A stretch of 64,000 nt of DNA, from assembly GCF_036321535.1 (NCBI RefSeq), contig NC_087437.1, positions 59,398,001 through 59,462,000 of the forward strand, written 5' to 3'. Positions 49,201-59,489 of the stretch are shown here, in pieces. This DNA comes from Camelus dromedarius. Taxonomy: Eukaryota. The notes beneath the pieces were generated by a model. It was given only the letters and a program-made list of their open reading frames with translations. It searched no databases and was not told the origin of the DNA. The first letter of the stretch is position 1. The number at the start of each line of letters is the position of its first letter. A program made the translations under genes and the position numbers.

Positions 49201-52200
49201 ACTAATAAGGTGCATTCTGAGGGGAGAGTATAGCTCAGTGACAAACGAGGTCCTGGGTTTGATCCCCAGTACCTCCATTAAAAAACAAAAACAGAAACAA
49301 AAAAGAATTGCCTCCTTCCTCCCAAAAATTTTTTAAAAATTCATTAAAAAATGTAAATAGCATTGTGAGCACACCAAAATGCCTAACTGAGAATTTCAAG
49401 GCAATCTTCACGTGGACTAACACTCACCGGGCAAGCTGACGTCTCCATTCTAGAAAGCTATCTTTCTCTGCCTGTTTGAGTTCTTCTGGGCTAGTATTTT
49501 GGTCCCACTTTGGTCTGAATCATAAAGGAAAAAAATTCCACATGAGTTACCAAAATACATCAGGAGATTTGGATTTAATAATGACAGCTGGGAAAAGAAA
49601 GTAGAAAAAAGTGAACACCAAACAAAAAATCTTATACTTAGTCACCTTGTTATGCCTTGTAATGTCCCAAATTCTTGTTCAACTCACCTCCTTGGTATAC
49701 ACAAGAACTGTTTGTTTTCTTCATGGAGTTTCTTAATTCTCTCATTTTCCTCAAAAGACAGTAGTCCAGTTCTAGCCTCAGGAGGCACAAACTTAATATT
49801 AAGCTTCTCTATTTTATAGAAGGAAAAAAAAAAAGTACTGTTACTTAAGAGGCAATACAGATGGTGAATGCTGGTTATTACTTAGGAAACTAACTGAGCA
49901 CCTAAATCAGAATTTAAACTTTCCTGATTTAGATAGATTCTCCTAGCCTTAAATAAATTATAATTTCCAAAAGAAGTGTTCTACCAAAAAAAAAAAAAAG
50001 AGAGAGAGAATACAAGAAAAGATCTTTACTAAAACTTTCCAAAGGTCAACCACTTTTTCAAGTAATGATTTTATAAAACTCCACACGCTGAACGCATTTC
50101 GTGGAGGCAGAAACAACAGGAGTGGGAAGGGAATGTAAACATTCATTACAACCGATCTCCTCATTTTACATACGGAGAATAACTGCAAGCCAGTGGGAGT
50201 GAGTGGGGAAGCAAATACTCAGCAAGGAGACTCACTCCAGTCAGAACTGGTGAACCACCACACGGCTACAATTTATATAAGCTGTTTATGACGAACACCC
50301 GTGATTAATGCTGTGTAAGAATTCAAAGGAATACAAAAAAGCACCTAGGCTATGTACAAACTACAGAGACCTCTTCTCCAGGGCTCTAGCCCCCCAAGTT
50401 GCTCCAGGCCTCTCTCACCCCTCACAGCCACCTTCAGTCTCCTGGCAGGTGATGCCCCCTGAGAAGCCAGCTAAGCTTCTTTCCAAAATGCCAAGGGGAG
50501 GTCTTATTCAAGGATAACAGGACATCTTCAGCAATGTTCCTCTTGGCCTTTAAGCAAAGATAGCAGTCTGTACCCTCATCAGACCACCAAGACTGCACAG
50601 TCCAGTCACCTAGAGTACAGTCAATCCAGTCAGCATTCTCATTCATGTCATCCTCAACCAACAGTCAGAATACACACACTTTAGTCCATACCCGGTAAGT
50701 CTTTCACATTAATTTCTCCTCCCAATGGTGATCTCCCAGCCAGTGTTCCCACTTTGCTTTGTCCAGCCACTATAAATGCCTAAGCCCCTGGATTCTTTCC
50801 TCTTCTCCCACTCCACCACCCAGCTCGGAGCTTCACCTCTTTCCCTCTATGGCTAAAACAACATGGTACATCCATGCCATCCCTCTCTGATCAAACATCA
50901 AATTCCTTAACCTGCTGCATCCACTCTCAAATCTCTAACCTTAGGCAGAGCCAACTGTCTAGCCATCCTCGTTCTCATTTCAGTAGCGCTGGGTAGGAGT
51001 GCTGCTGGAGGTAATCACACAGTAACGAAGCCACCTGTCTCCTAACTGTTTTACCACCAACCAACGGTCCTCACACCAAACGTGGGAAAACCCATGCCAA
51101 TAGCTCTCCAACTCTCCAGATACCAACTGGGTGTCCTACAATTCAATTCTGTCCTGCCCTACTTCAGATGCCAAATCTCTGAGTGGGTTTTTATTAAATC
51201 ATTGGCCATTGGTGATTAGTTCAATCTCCAGGACATGTCCCATTCCCAAGGGTTATTAGAGGGGTTTCTGAAAATCTGAACCCTCTAATCATGTAGAAAT
51301 TACCCCGGGGCCCACAAGTCACCTCATCAGCATAAACTCAGGTGAAGTTGAAGATGGCTCATTATGAATAACAAAAGACACTCATCTCACCCCCATCACT
51401 CAAGAAATTACAAGGGCTTTAGAAGCTCTTGTATCAAGGAACCAGAGATGAAGACCAAATATAAATGTATTTTTTATTGTATCAAATATCACACTTTCCT
51501 CTTGTTTGTTGAACATAAGGAATGAGGACTGCCTGTCCTATCTTTGAAAAGTAAAGAGTTTCCAGTGAACACTTCGTATTTCTCATTATTTTGCACTCCT
51601 TTGTAAGGTCAGAGACCCATATGAGAACCTATTTAAAACCCATGGACCATCATACCATCCAAAAATGCACTGTGTATACACATTCACACACAAGCGTACA
51701 ATTCTGCCTGCAATCTCAGGGGTTCACAGACAGCTGAAACTTGTAGCCTCCAGGTTAAGAAATCTCTGTCCCTGTGTGTCCAGGAGACAAGCGCTATCTG
51801 AAGGCCATAGAGAATTGAGACAAAATTCTGTCAACTCTACAGTATTAAAGGAAAGGGAAAAAAGGTATGAAATTAATTTCAATGAGGAATTTTAATGGAT
51901 TTTTGAAAGCCTTATGGAGATTTCATTACGTAGGCATGACTGAGCAAGTCATTGGCCATTAGTAATTAATTTCATTTCCAGCCCATCTGCCCTCCCCAGG
52001 GGTGGGGCTGAAAGTTCCAACCTTCTAATTATGCCTACACTGGTCTGAAGCCCAACTTCCATCCAGAAGCCAGTCAGGGGTCCCCACCCACCAACCATCT
52101 CACAAGCATAAGCATACAAAAAGACACTCCGCAGGCTTCTTCACTTACTCCTCCTCCTCCATAAAGTCTGGTTACTTCGAGCTCCCTAACAACCTTCATG

Positions 52201-55200
52201 CTGTTCCTTTCTCCATTCTTCTACTACTATTTCAGTTCTGGCCTAATTCTCTTGCTGGACTAAAGCAATAGTCTCCTAACCGGTCCTTCTTCCTCAAAAT
52301 ACATCAGAGATCTTTCAAAAAATGTTAGACTTGCTTACACCCCTCTAAAGACTCCTTTAAAGCCTGCATTCTCTCCAGGATCTGGCCCTTGCCCACCTTC
52401 CCAGTGTCTGTCATCACAGCTTGTCCCCACACCCTGCCCTCGTTTTCCTTCAGATAGAAACAAATACTAACTACATCTTTTGTGACCCCATTCTCTGCTA
52501 GGCTTCTTTTATAGCACCTAAAACACAATTTTGCAGAAACAAACTTGTCTTATGCAACACCACACTTTCAGTAGTCAGTACAATACCTGAGAGTAGCTAG
52601 AACTCAACAGAAGCATTTTGAACAAATCAATGAATTTGCTGAACAACGTAATAACAATAATCGAAGAGCAACGGAAATCATAGTTTATAATGCTATTTCT
52701 GTGCCAAGCAGTTTTCTAAGTGCTTAGAGGACACATACAAAAAGGACAAGGGAAAGCAGTGACTAAAACGAATTGTATGTATGGGAAAATTCACTGTCAC
52801 GTGTTAACAAGTACTTTAAAGCACAATTCGAATTGCCTAAGTAACGGCAGCGGGCCCAGGATTTTGCTTTTAACAATGGTCCTCAGAAAACGTTTTCTGA
52901 AAAATGCTGGTATTATTCACCATAATGTTGACTAGTCTCTTTCCTTATGAGACACTGAGTTTCTTGAACTTGATATGATGATGTATAATCTGCTGTTTTT
53001 TTAGAGCTGAATTTTAAAACTGTGGCACATTCTGTACCTCACAGATGAGGTCGACTGGACCTTCCCGCACTGATCCTGGGAGACCCACCTCTGGGTTAAA
53101 GATGGGTCATTTATAAGTTTAGCAGGATCCGCAAAACACTCCCAAGTAGACCTATTTGTATCTAGTCAGCAAAGACAGAAGTGCATCCTATGCGTTCTGC
53201 AATTAACAACTCACCTGCTACAAACTCTGTTCCTGCAAGTTCTGCAGTTGCAAGGAAGTCATCAAGGGAGCTCTGTTCAGTCACTGACTGAAGGTTAAGA
53301 CGACCCCAATCATAGCCATCATTGAGTTCACTCGTGTGCAGCTATGAATAAAACACAGGGTGGTAACACAGCTGCTGTCTTCTGCTCCTGACATTCAAAC
53401 AAACTCTAAACTCCCAAGGAACTATTCTGTGGTCTTGAGGGTGGTGCGAGCCTCTTTAGAGACAATACTAATAATAGTTGACATTTAAATGAGCACTTTC
53501 TTACCTCATGATAGGCACTCTTCAATTGCTATCTCATTTAATTTTCAAAATCTTTTGAGATAAATTTTATTACATCTCTATTTTAAAGATGACAAAACAA
53601 GCTTAAACTAGATATAATTACTTGTCTATAGTTGCAAGCTAGTAAGTGGTAGAGGGGAGAATTTGAATCCATATATTCTGGTCCTAGCAGCCACTGTTAG
53701 TCAAATTTTTTTTGATGGAGACCCACAGTAAGAAATACATTTCACACAGTAACCCAAGTGCTGATATACTTAGTGACACAACTGTATACCATTCAGTATA
53801 GTAAAAATAGAAACCAAAGAATCCTGAAATAAAGTTACCTTATTACCTGCAATACACTGGTATTTTCTTGAATTCTACTCTGTTGGGTTAAAACCTGACT
53901 ATTTGCGACCTACTTAACTGAATTCTAGACACAACCCACTGTCTTGATAAGATAAACACCATCCTAAACTATACGCTCTGAACAGATACAAATAAATTAA
54001 AAAAAAAAAAAAGGTTAAAAGGCTAGATGGTTTGCCCAAGGTCACAGAATCAGCAAAAATCAGAACAAAGATTAGAAGCATTGTTATTTAGAATTCATAA
54101 TCAAAATTTTCCCACTACTTCCAAAAGGGTCCGTTAATAAAAAGTTGCTTCAAAATCAATTAAAATTACTGGCAACCCAATGTCCAGAGTAACTTTGATC
54201 TGATGAATATGGATGAGCTCTGTATCCTACTTACTCTGCAGATTACATAGATGGAAGTTAGGTGATGTGATGTGCACACGGATAACTGGAGACACCTTTG
54301 ACTTTGCACAGATTCTTACTGAGAACTTAGTGAGTTCTCAAATATGTGGGGGAATGAATGTCAAAATGACAAACACAAGTCAAACTACTTCATCCGTTTT
54401 TTAAGGATCCTAAAACCATGATAGTTCGTAGATTCAGGGAATATTAGGGCCACCACACTTTGGAGATAAGTTGTTCATCTTTGAGTGAAACCACAAGGGA
54501 ATAAAGAGGATGAAGCAGGAATTTGAGTTATTCTGTACTTCTGGTACCAACCAGCGGCTCTGGGAGGGTCAGTTCTTTGAACAGGGGGAGGGTATGCTCA
54601 GTGGTTAGACTAGGTGCTTTGTACGCATGAGGTCTTGGGTTCAATCCCCAGTGGCTCCATTAAAATAACTAGGTAAGTAAATAAACCTAATTTCCTCCCT
54701 ACCTAAAAACAAAACAAAACAAACAAAAACCCACAAAACAAACAAAAAACCCCACAAACAAAACAAAAAAAAATTTTTGAACAAATTAATACAAAAAGAA
54801 GTAAGTGGTTTTGTGTCTTTCCTGTGCAGAAACTTCCAAATACTTCTAGGGCAAACACCAAACTTTTACCTTGGCATTCAAGATCTCACTCCAACCTCTT
54901 CACCACACTAGCCTCTACCTCTGGGCCCTGCGCCTTACTAGGAGGGCTTGCTTATCTGCCCGGTCGACTCCAAGCGACTTGAGCATCTGCGCATTTTGGT
55001 ATTCGCGGGGTTCCTGGAACCGATCCCTGGCGGTTACCGCGCATTTTGGTATTCGCGGGGGTCCTGGAACCGATCCCTCGCGGTTACCGGGAAACGACTG
55101 TACTCATCCTTCGAAACTTTATTTTGGCATCATTTCCTCTGGAAAGTTTCTCTGTGACCTCTGACCCCAAACTTCGCAGCATTCAGACTCTCATAACTAG

Positions 55201-55336
55201 ACAGAAAGGTTAGGAAAGATGACAAAGTTTGTCTTACCCAGGAGTCGGTGTGACGGTGGCTACGGCTCCGCTGAACTTGCTGGCGGATGAGAGCCCGGCC
55301 GAGGGACCTAGCCTCCGGCGCTCTCCTGCGACCCAT
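34102..55336 (-). CDS. LSG1: LSG1 large 60S subunit nuclear export GTPase 1, complete spliced gene span (14 coding exons, 1977 nt, 658 aa)
   Basis: Exons assembled by hand splice in frame from MGRRRAP... to ...LYKHLDT*. Circularly permuted GTPase motif order: DAR, NKAD (G4), GYPNVGKS (G1), TPGHT (G2), DCPG (G3). Confidence 0.97.
35085..35710 (+). mobile_element. Old LINE-1 (L1MB-like) 3' fragment in LSG1 intron 13
   Basis: tgacccagcaaccccactcctaagtatatacccaagagaaatgaaa...agccagtcacaaaggaccacatattgt. Confidence 0.8.
35756..35929 (-). CDS. LSG1: LSG1 exon 13 (174 nt)
   Basis: GKLLYCHPPPGRDP...VVDKTFFHR; cag/gtaagt. Confidence 0.95.
37272..37351 (-). CDS. LSG1: LSG1 exon 12 (80 nt)
   Basis: YMRGFMTAHGQPDQPRSARYILKDYVS; cag/gtaagt. 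Confidence 0.95.
38969..39092 (-). CDS. LSG1: LSG1 exon 11 (124 nt)
   Basis: ac|VCQNIPRHVLEATYGIDIIKPREDEDPHRPPTSEELLTAYG|gtgagt. Confidence 0.94.
39093..39510 (-). other. LSG1: U12-type AT-AC minor-spliceosome intron (LSG1 intron 10, 418 nt)
   Basis: 5' end ATATCCTTG; branch site TTCCTTGAC at 39109-39101; terminal AC; removal joins PVSL|VCQNIP in frame. Confidence 0.93.
39511..39654 (-). CDS. LSG1: LSG1 exon 10 (144 nt)
   Basis: TLYVEPGLCLCDCPGLVMPSF...DHVPPVSL; ends at U12 donor ATATCCTT. Confidence 0.94.
39799..39900 (-). CDS. LSG1: LSG1 exon 9 (102 nt), P-loop
   Basis: VGYPNVGKSSTINTIMGNKKVSVSATPGHTKHFQ; tag/gtactt. Confidence 0.96.
40304..40717 (-). CDS. LSG1: LSG1 exon 8 (414 nt), acidic low-complexity insertion
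   Basis: DEVNGDTGE...VYEDCREEEEDWQTCSEE...KVKEGQLTVGL; cag/gtaaga. Confidence 0.93.
41900..43400 (+). mobile_element. Ancient CR1/L3 LINE remnants in LSG1 intron 7
   Basis: caagggttccctgagaacagatcatgcaaacaagtcccatttcc and ggcaaaccacacctggaataatg resemble CR1 reverse-transcriptase segments. Confidence 0.45.
43415..43568 (-). mobile_element. tRNA-derived SINE (Vic-1-like)
   Basis: Reverse-complement head at 43495-43568, T-rich tail, aagaact on both sides. Confidence 0.85.
44374..44550 (-). CDS. LSG1: LSG1 exon 7 (177 nt)
   Basis: ECYVKTMDEDKENVILINKADLL...IGDTK (G4 NKAD); cag/gtaacc. Confidence 0.95.
45679..45739 (-). CDS. LSG1: LSG1 exon 6 (61 nt)
   Basis: SDIVVQIVDARNPLLFRCEDL (DAR motif); cag/gtaagt. 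Confidence 0.95.
48466..48552 (-). CDS. LSG1: LSG1 exon 5 (87 nt)
   Basis: RLEEEQKLILTPFERNLDFWRQLWRVIER; cag/gtagg. Confidence 0.95.
48997..49160 (+). mobile_element. tRNA-derived SINE (Vic-1-like)
   Basis: ggggagggtatagctcagtggtagagt...gggttcaatccccagtgcctcc plus tail. Confidence 0.88.
49221..49307 (+). mobile_element. tRNA-derived SINE, internally deleted copy
   Basis: ggggagagtatagctcagtg joined almost directly to gaggtcctgggtttgatccccagtacctcc plus A tail. Confidence 0.8.
49428..49514 (-). CDS. LSG1: LSG1 exon 4 (87 nt)
   Basis: RPKWDQNTSPEELKQAEKDSFLEWRRQLA; cag/gtgagt. Confidence 0.95.
49688..49808 (-). CDS. LSG1: LSG1 exon 3 (121 nt)
   Basis: EKLNIKFVPPEARTGLLSFEENERIKKLHEENKQFLCIPR; AG/GT boundaries, phases match neighbours. 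Confidence 0.95.
51060..52130. mobile_element. MER21-like ERV LTR fragments
   Basis: accaactgggtgtcctacaattcaattct; attggccattggtgatt motif occurs twice (about 51201 and 51951). Confidence 0.55.
53215..53341 (-). CDS. LSG1: LSG1 exon 2 (127 nt)
   Basis: tag|LHTSELNDGYDWGRLNLQSVTEQSSLDDFLATAELAGTEFVA|gtgagt. Confidence 0.95.
54585..54772 (+). mobile_element. tRNA-derived SINE (Vic-1-like)
   Basis: Same head, long A/C tail, tttgaaca on both flanks. Confidence 0.85.
54989..55088. repeat. 50-bp tandem duplication (2 mismatches)
   Basis: gcgcattttggtattcgcggggKtcctggaaccgatccctSgcggttacc x2. Confidence 0.92.
55238..55336 (-). CDS. LSG1: LSG1 coding exon 1 (99 nt)
   Basis: ATG at 55336; MGRRRAPEARSLGRALIRQQVQRSRSHRHTDSW; donor GTAAGA. 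Confidence 0.95.
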
Positions 55337-56359
55337 TCCTGCAAAACCTGCCCACAAAATGTCTCTGCCAGACCCACGCTTGTTTTCGGTCTTTTTAAGA
55401 GCACGATCTTCGGAAGTGACGTATGAGCGAGCCCAAGTAGTAAAGGCCCGAAGTTGAAGGGAAACAGAAAGATTTGCCTCAAATTTCCACTTATATATCT
55501 CACATTTGCCACTACTATAGAAAAGAAATGTAAAATGGTCTGGGAAGGTAGTTTCTACGTATATATTCCCAAGAATATCTCAAATTTAGATAATGTCATC
55601 AAATCAAAAGAATGGTACCTTCCAAATTTGTGCGTCGGTCTTTAGCGTCCGGGGTGGTACTAGGAGACCTGGAAAATGTGGCCGTCCTTGTTCGCGCCCC
55701 TAGCCCCGCCTCCTGGCTGCCTTCGCCAGAAGAGGGCGGAGACCGGGGTGAAGGGTGTTCCCGCTGCGCTAGAGGGCGTTGCTTCCTGGCGTTAGGTTTT
55801 CCGCCCGAGTTCTGAGGTGTGGCCTGTCGGCTGTCAAGCCCAGCAACTGAACAGCTTTTTGTTTACTTAGTCTTCCCTAGCTGCGAATTGGAGAGAAGAG
55901 TCCCTGCCAGGATGGGAGTTCGGAATGGAAGGAGTTTGGCAAGGTTGCAAGGAAAGCCAAAGGGAACTGACTTAAATGCTTTTTAAAAAATAATAATTAA
56001 AAAATATTAAAAGTTCCACCTAGAATTGTATTTAAATTTCCTGTGAATTAAAATAAAGAGAAAACAGTGATTGGGCTCCACTTTCTGCAGCCTGGCTTTT
56101 GTTCCTCACTTTATTGTTAGGTTTCCCTATAATGGGAATATAAAAAGTCGGCTAGAGGTGTGTGGGTGTTGGGCATCTTACCTCCATTCTCATTATTCAG
56201 GAGAACCACCTCAAGGTTGCGATGCTCAGAAAGGAATTAGCTTGCCCAAGTCAGAGATGGAACATATTCGGAGTCAGGCATCAAACCCAAGTGTCCTCAC
56301 CGTTTTATTCGTTCCTGCGGAAATGGGAGAATGAGGGTTGTTGGCAAGTATTTTATAAC

Positions 56360-56522
56360 CCAGTTATTCTCCAACTTGGATGGGCATGTCAAGCCTCTGG
56401 GAATCTGGCTAACATGCAGATTCTAATTGACAAGGTAGGGTGGGGCTGGCACTCCGTACTTATAACACATTTCTAGGTGATGCTGATGATGCTGGTCTGG
56501 CCCACAGGCCACTCTGAGTAGC
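56360..56522. mobile_element. MER5A-like element
   Basis: cagttattctccaacttgg...atgcagattctaatt...ctaggtgatgctgatgatgctggtc. Confidence 0.6.
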
Positions 56523-57338
56523 AAGAGAAGTCCACTCTATTCTGGTGAAGATGAAGGCATTGGAGTGGACTGGCTAAAAGTCAGTTACAGCAAGTTTTGG
56601 TCAGGTAGAGTTGGGACCTTTATCACTCACCCAGCTCTGGTTTCCCTGCAGAGCCACGCTGTGTGCTACACCCTACTGCTGACTCTTACTGAATTGGAGT
56701 GAATTTTTGGAAACACCCAAAGGATTGCTGACAAGCCATGTAGTAGTTGGCAAGGCTTTGGGAAGGCAGTGCTCACAGATTAGCCAAGGAATATATCAGA
56801 ACATGGTTTTCCCCATTTCTCAACTTAGAAACAGTGTATCTTAAAAAAAAAAAAAAACCTGAACATAATCTCTAGACGAGATTATGGAGAAATGGAGAAA
56901 ACCCATGAAAGAGAATGAGCCAGCAGTTCCTGGCATTCTCTTGGAGCTGAGTGGTTAAAGATAAAACTAACTCATAAAGTAAGATTAAATGAATTTTATA
57001 TTTTAGTGATATAAAGAAACCTGGCATCGCATTCCTAGAGCTCAGTCAGAAACTTAGGACTTCACCATCATTTCTTTTTCCAGGTATTTTGTCACTTTCA
57101 GAGATTTAGGGAAGACACTTTGGATTTCTATTGTCATTCTTCTTGTGGGCTCCAAAAAATCTTGACCAAATCAAAAGTGATAATTTGATCAGGATGGGTG
57201 GGGCATCAAAAAGACACTGATGAAGTAAGATTAAACTTTAATGGGAGCAACATTCTTTGCTGACAAATAAGTAAAGCATAAATAATTCTATTTCCCGCAA
57301 GGTGCTCCTCAAATCTAGTATTAAAAAAGAACTAACAG

Positions 57339-57402
57339 AGCCTCAGTTTTCTTATCTGGTTAATGTGGATAGCCTCAGTTTTCTTATCTGGTTAATGTGG
57401 AT
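57339..57402. repeat. Perfect 32-bp tandem duplication within a MIR-like fragment
   Basis: agcctcagttttcttatctggttaatgtggat x2. Confidence 0.92.
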
Positions 57403-59359
57403 AATACTAGTTCCTGTCCTGCAGAGGTAGCAAGTGAGATAATTCTGCAAGATCATTGCCTAGTACTTTGTGGGGTACCCATTTTCACAACTGAACAATT
57501 TTTTCCCCAACAACTGGACAATGCAGGTGAGAATCCAGATGTACACTTGGCCGATTTTGAGGGATTATGAGGCTAGCTCAGTGAGAAAGGCAAGGAGGAG
57601 GAAGGGGGATTGAGGATGCCCATGAGACAAGATCATGGGATCCAGATTCAGAGGGACAAAGTGAGATGAGGGGCAAGTGATGAGGGTGGTGGTGAAGGGT
57701 GGGGCTAGGTGCCGGCTGCTTGCCCCGAGTGAGGGGGTTGCAAAGATGAGTCAGCCCAGTCCTCGCCCTCTAACTGCAGAAGCCGTTCCACCTACACACT
57801 TCAGGGAACAACACAACCCAGCCAAACTCCCCACATCTCTTGGTCATGACAGTGGAAGTGCTTATCCATCAGGCTTGTATCTGTCAGACTGGTCAGGTCC
57901 TCCTGATTCCCCACATAGCTGAGACCTTCTGTTGAAGCCAAGATTCTCTGAATAGCTGACCGCTGGAGGAGGTTGCACTGATTTGGGGATTGGAAGCCTC
58001 ATATTCAGCTTCCAAATAGCAACACGGAGTGTTCCTCATTCATGATGTTGCATGATACTTGATTTACTGTGATTCAACAAATGGTTTTTCAAGCCCCAAA
58101 AACCCACACCCAGGAAAGAATCTTCAGTAGTTTTCTGCTCTCCAACTCCACACTGCTATGCCTATGGGCCCCACGTCTCTCTGGGGAGGGAGAACAGTGA
58201 GTGGGTGGGTTTCTGTTTTGGTTTTCTTTTCACTCCTTGGCCAACAATGTGTCGGGTGGCAGAAAAATTGTTCCAAGGTAAGCTTGCAGCCCTGCCCCTC
58301 CCTCTCTCCCATTTTCTACACCACCTTCTTCCACATTAAAGCAGTTTGCACAAGGCTGAGAGTTGTGAAAATGGAAGTCTGGCAGTCTCCACAGAGTCAC
58401 TGAATCAGTGGGGAAACTCCCTTTGATTATCTGCGATTCTCAGTTTATCCCTGTTGAAGCGGGTGGATGTGTACATGTACGCGAGTTTCAGCAGTTCAGC
58501 AGCCCTTTCTTTGTGGTGATCATAAATGATTAATTTGAGTCACTTCAATCAAACATTGCTTGCTTGCTTGCTTGTGTAAGTTATTGCGTGGGCAATGAAA
58601 CGTGTCAAGGACATCTTGTTTTGGTGTAGAGGCTACAGGATCCTACATATGCTGTGTTTGAACCTATGCATTCCCCCCCAAATTTTGTAGTTATTTGTGG
58701 GATATCTGGGGTCTTTTATTCACAGATGACTTTGAAATTTTTTTTTTTTTCTCACAACAGTCAAGTGAGAAAGGGCACTGTTACTTTTCTGAACATTCAG
58801 TTGCAGAAATTGAGACCTAATAAAGTTCAGGGAAGAAAAGAAGGCTTCAAGGAGAATTAACAATCACCAGCTCTGAAATCTGCCGATGGAAAGTGCCAGG
58901 TTTTTCTCATTCATTCATTCATCGCTTGGCTCAGGGGATTCAGCATTGGACAGACTCCCTGCCCCCTGAGTGAGTGATCGATCATCCTGCAACAGGGATT
59001 TGTTCAAGGCTGAATAGCTCAAGGCAGTGCTGGAGCCGTGAACAACACAGCCAGTTAGACTCTAACCCACTGGGAGGGCCTTCTGACCATTGGGACTTTA
59101 CTTTTTGTCTCTTAACTGTGGCCCCACCCCTTAAATCACTCTAATAAATGCATTAATGATGTTAGCATTTCAACTTGGATGGTGAGGGAATGAGGAAAAG
59201 GTGAAGGAAGTGTGACTAGTCTCAGGAGAAGGCGTGGAGGGCCGTTTCTATTTATGTGAAAGACTGCCATGGGGACAGGAGAGAAGATTGTTCTGAGTAG
59301 ACACAAGGCAAGCTGAACTAGAATAAATAGGGAGAAACTAAAGAGTCTTGATTTTAGGC

Positions 59360-59489
59360 TCTTTTAAAAAAATTATATTTTTAGTGTCTTTTTAAAAAAC
59401 CTTTTTCTCTTAATAGAGGTACTGGGGATTGAACCCAGGACCTCATGCATGCTGAGCATGGGCTCTGCCACTGAGCTATACACCCCCAC
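59360..59489 (-). mobile_element. tRNA-derived SINE (Vic-1-like)
   Basis: gaggtactggggattgaacccaggacctcatgcatgctgagcatg...ctgagctatac. Confidence 0.85.

Larger units (their letters stand above)
54950..55830 (-). promoter_or_regulatory. LSG1: LSG1 promoter / CpG-enriched region
   Basis: CpG-rich blocks around exon 1 and at 55630-55830 with GC boxes; CGGAAGTGACGT (ETS-CRE) at 55411-55422. Confidence 0.75.

Noticed and set aside
54989..55088. Direct repeats considered as a CRISPR-like array
   Set aside because: Two adjacent copies with no spacers, in a mammalian genome
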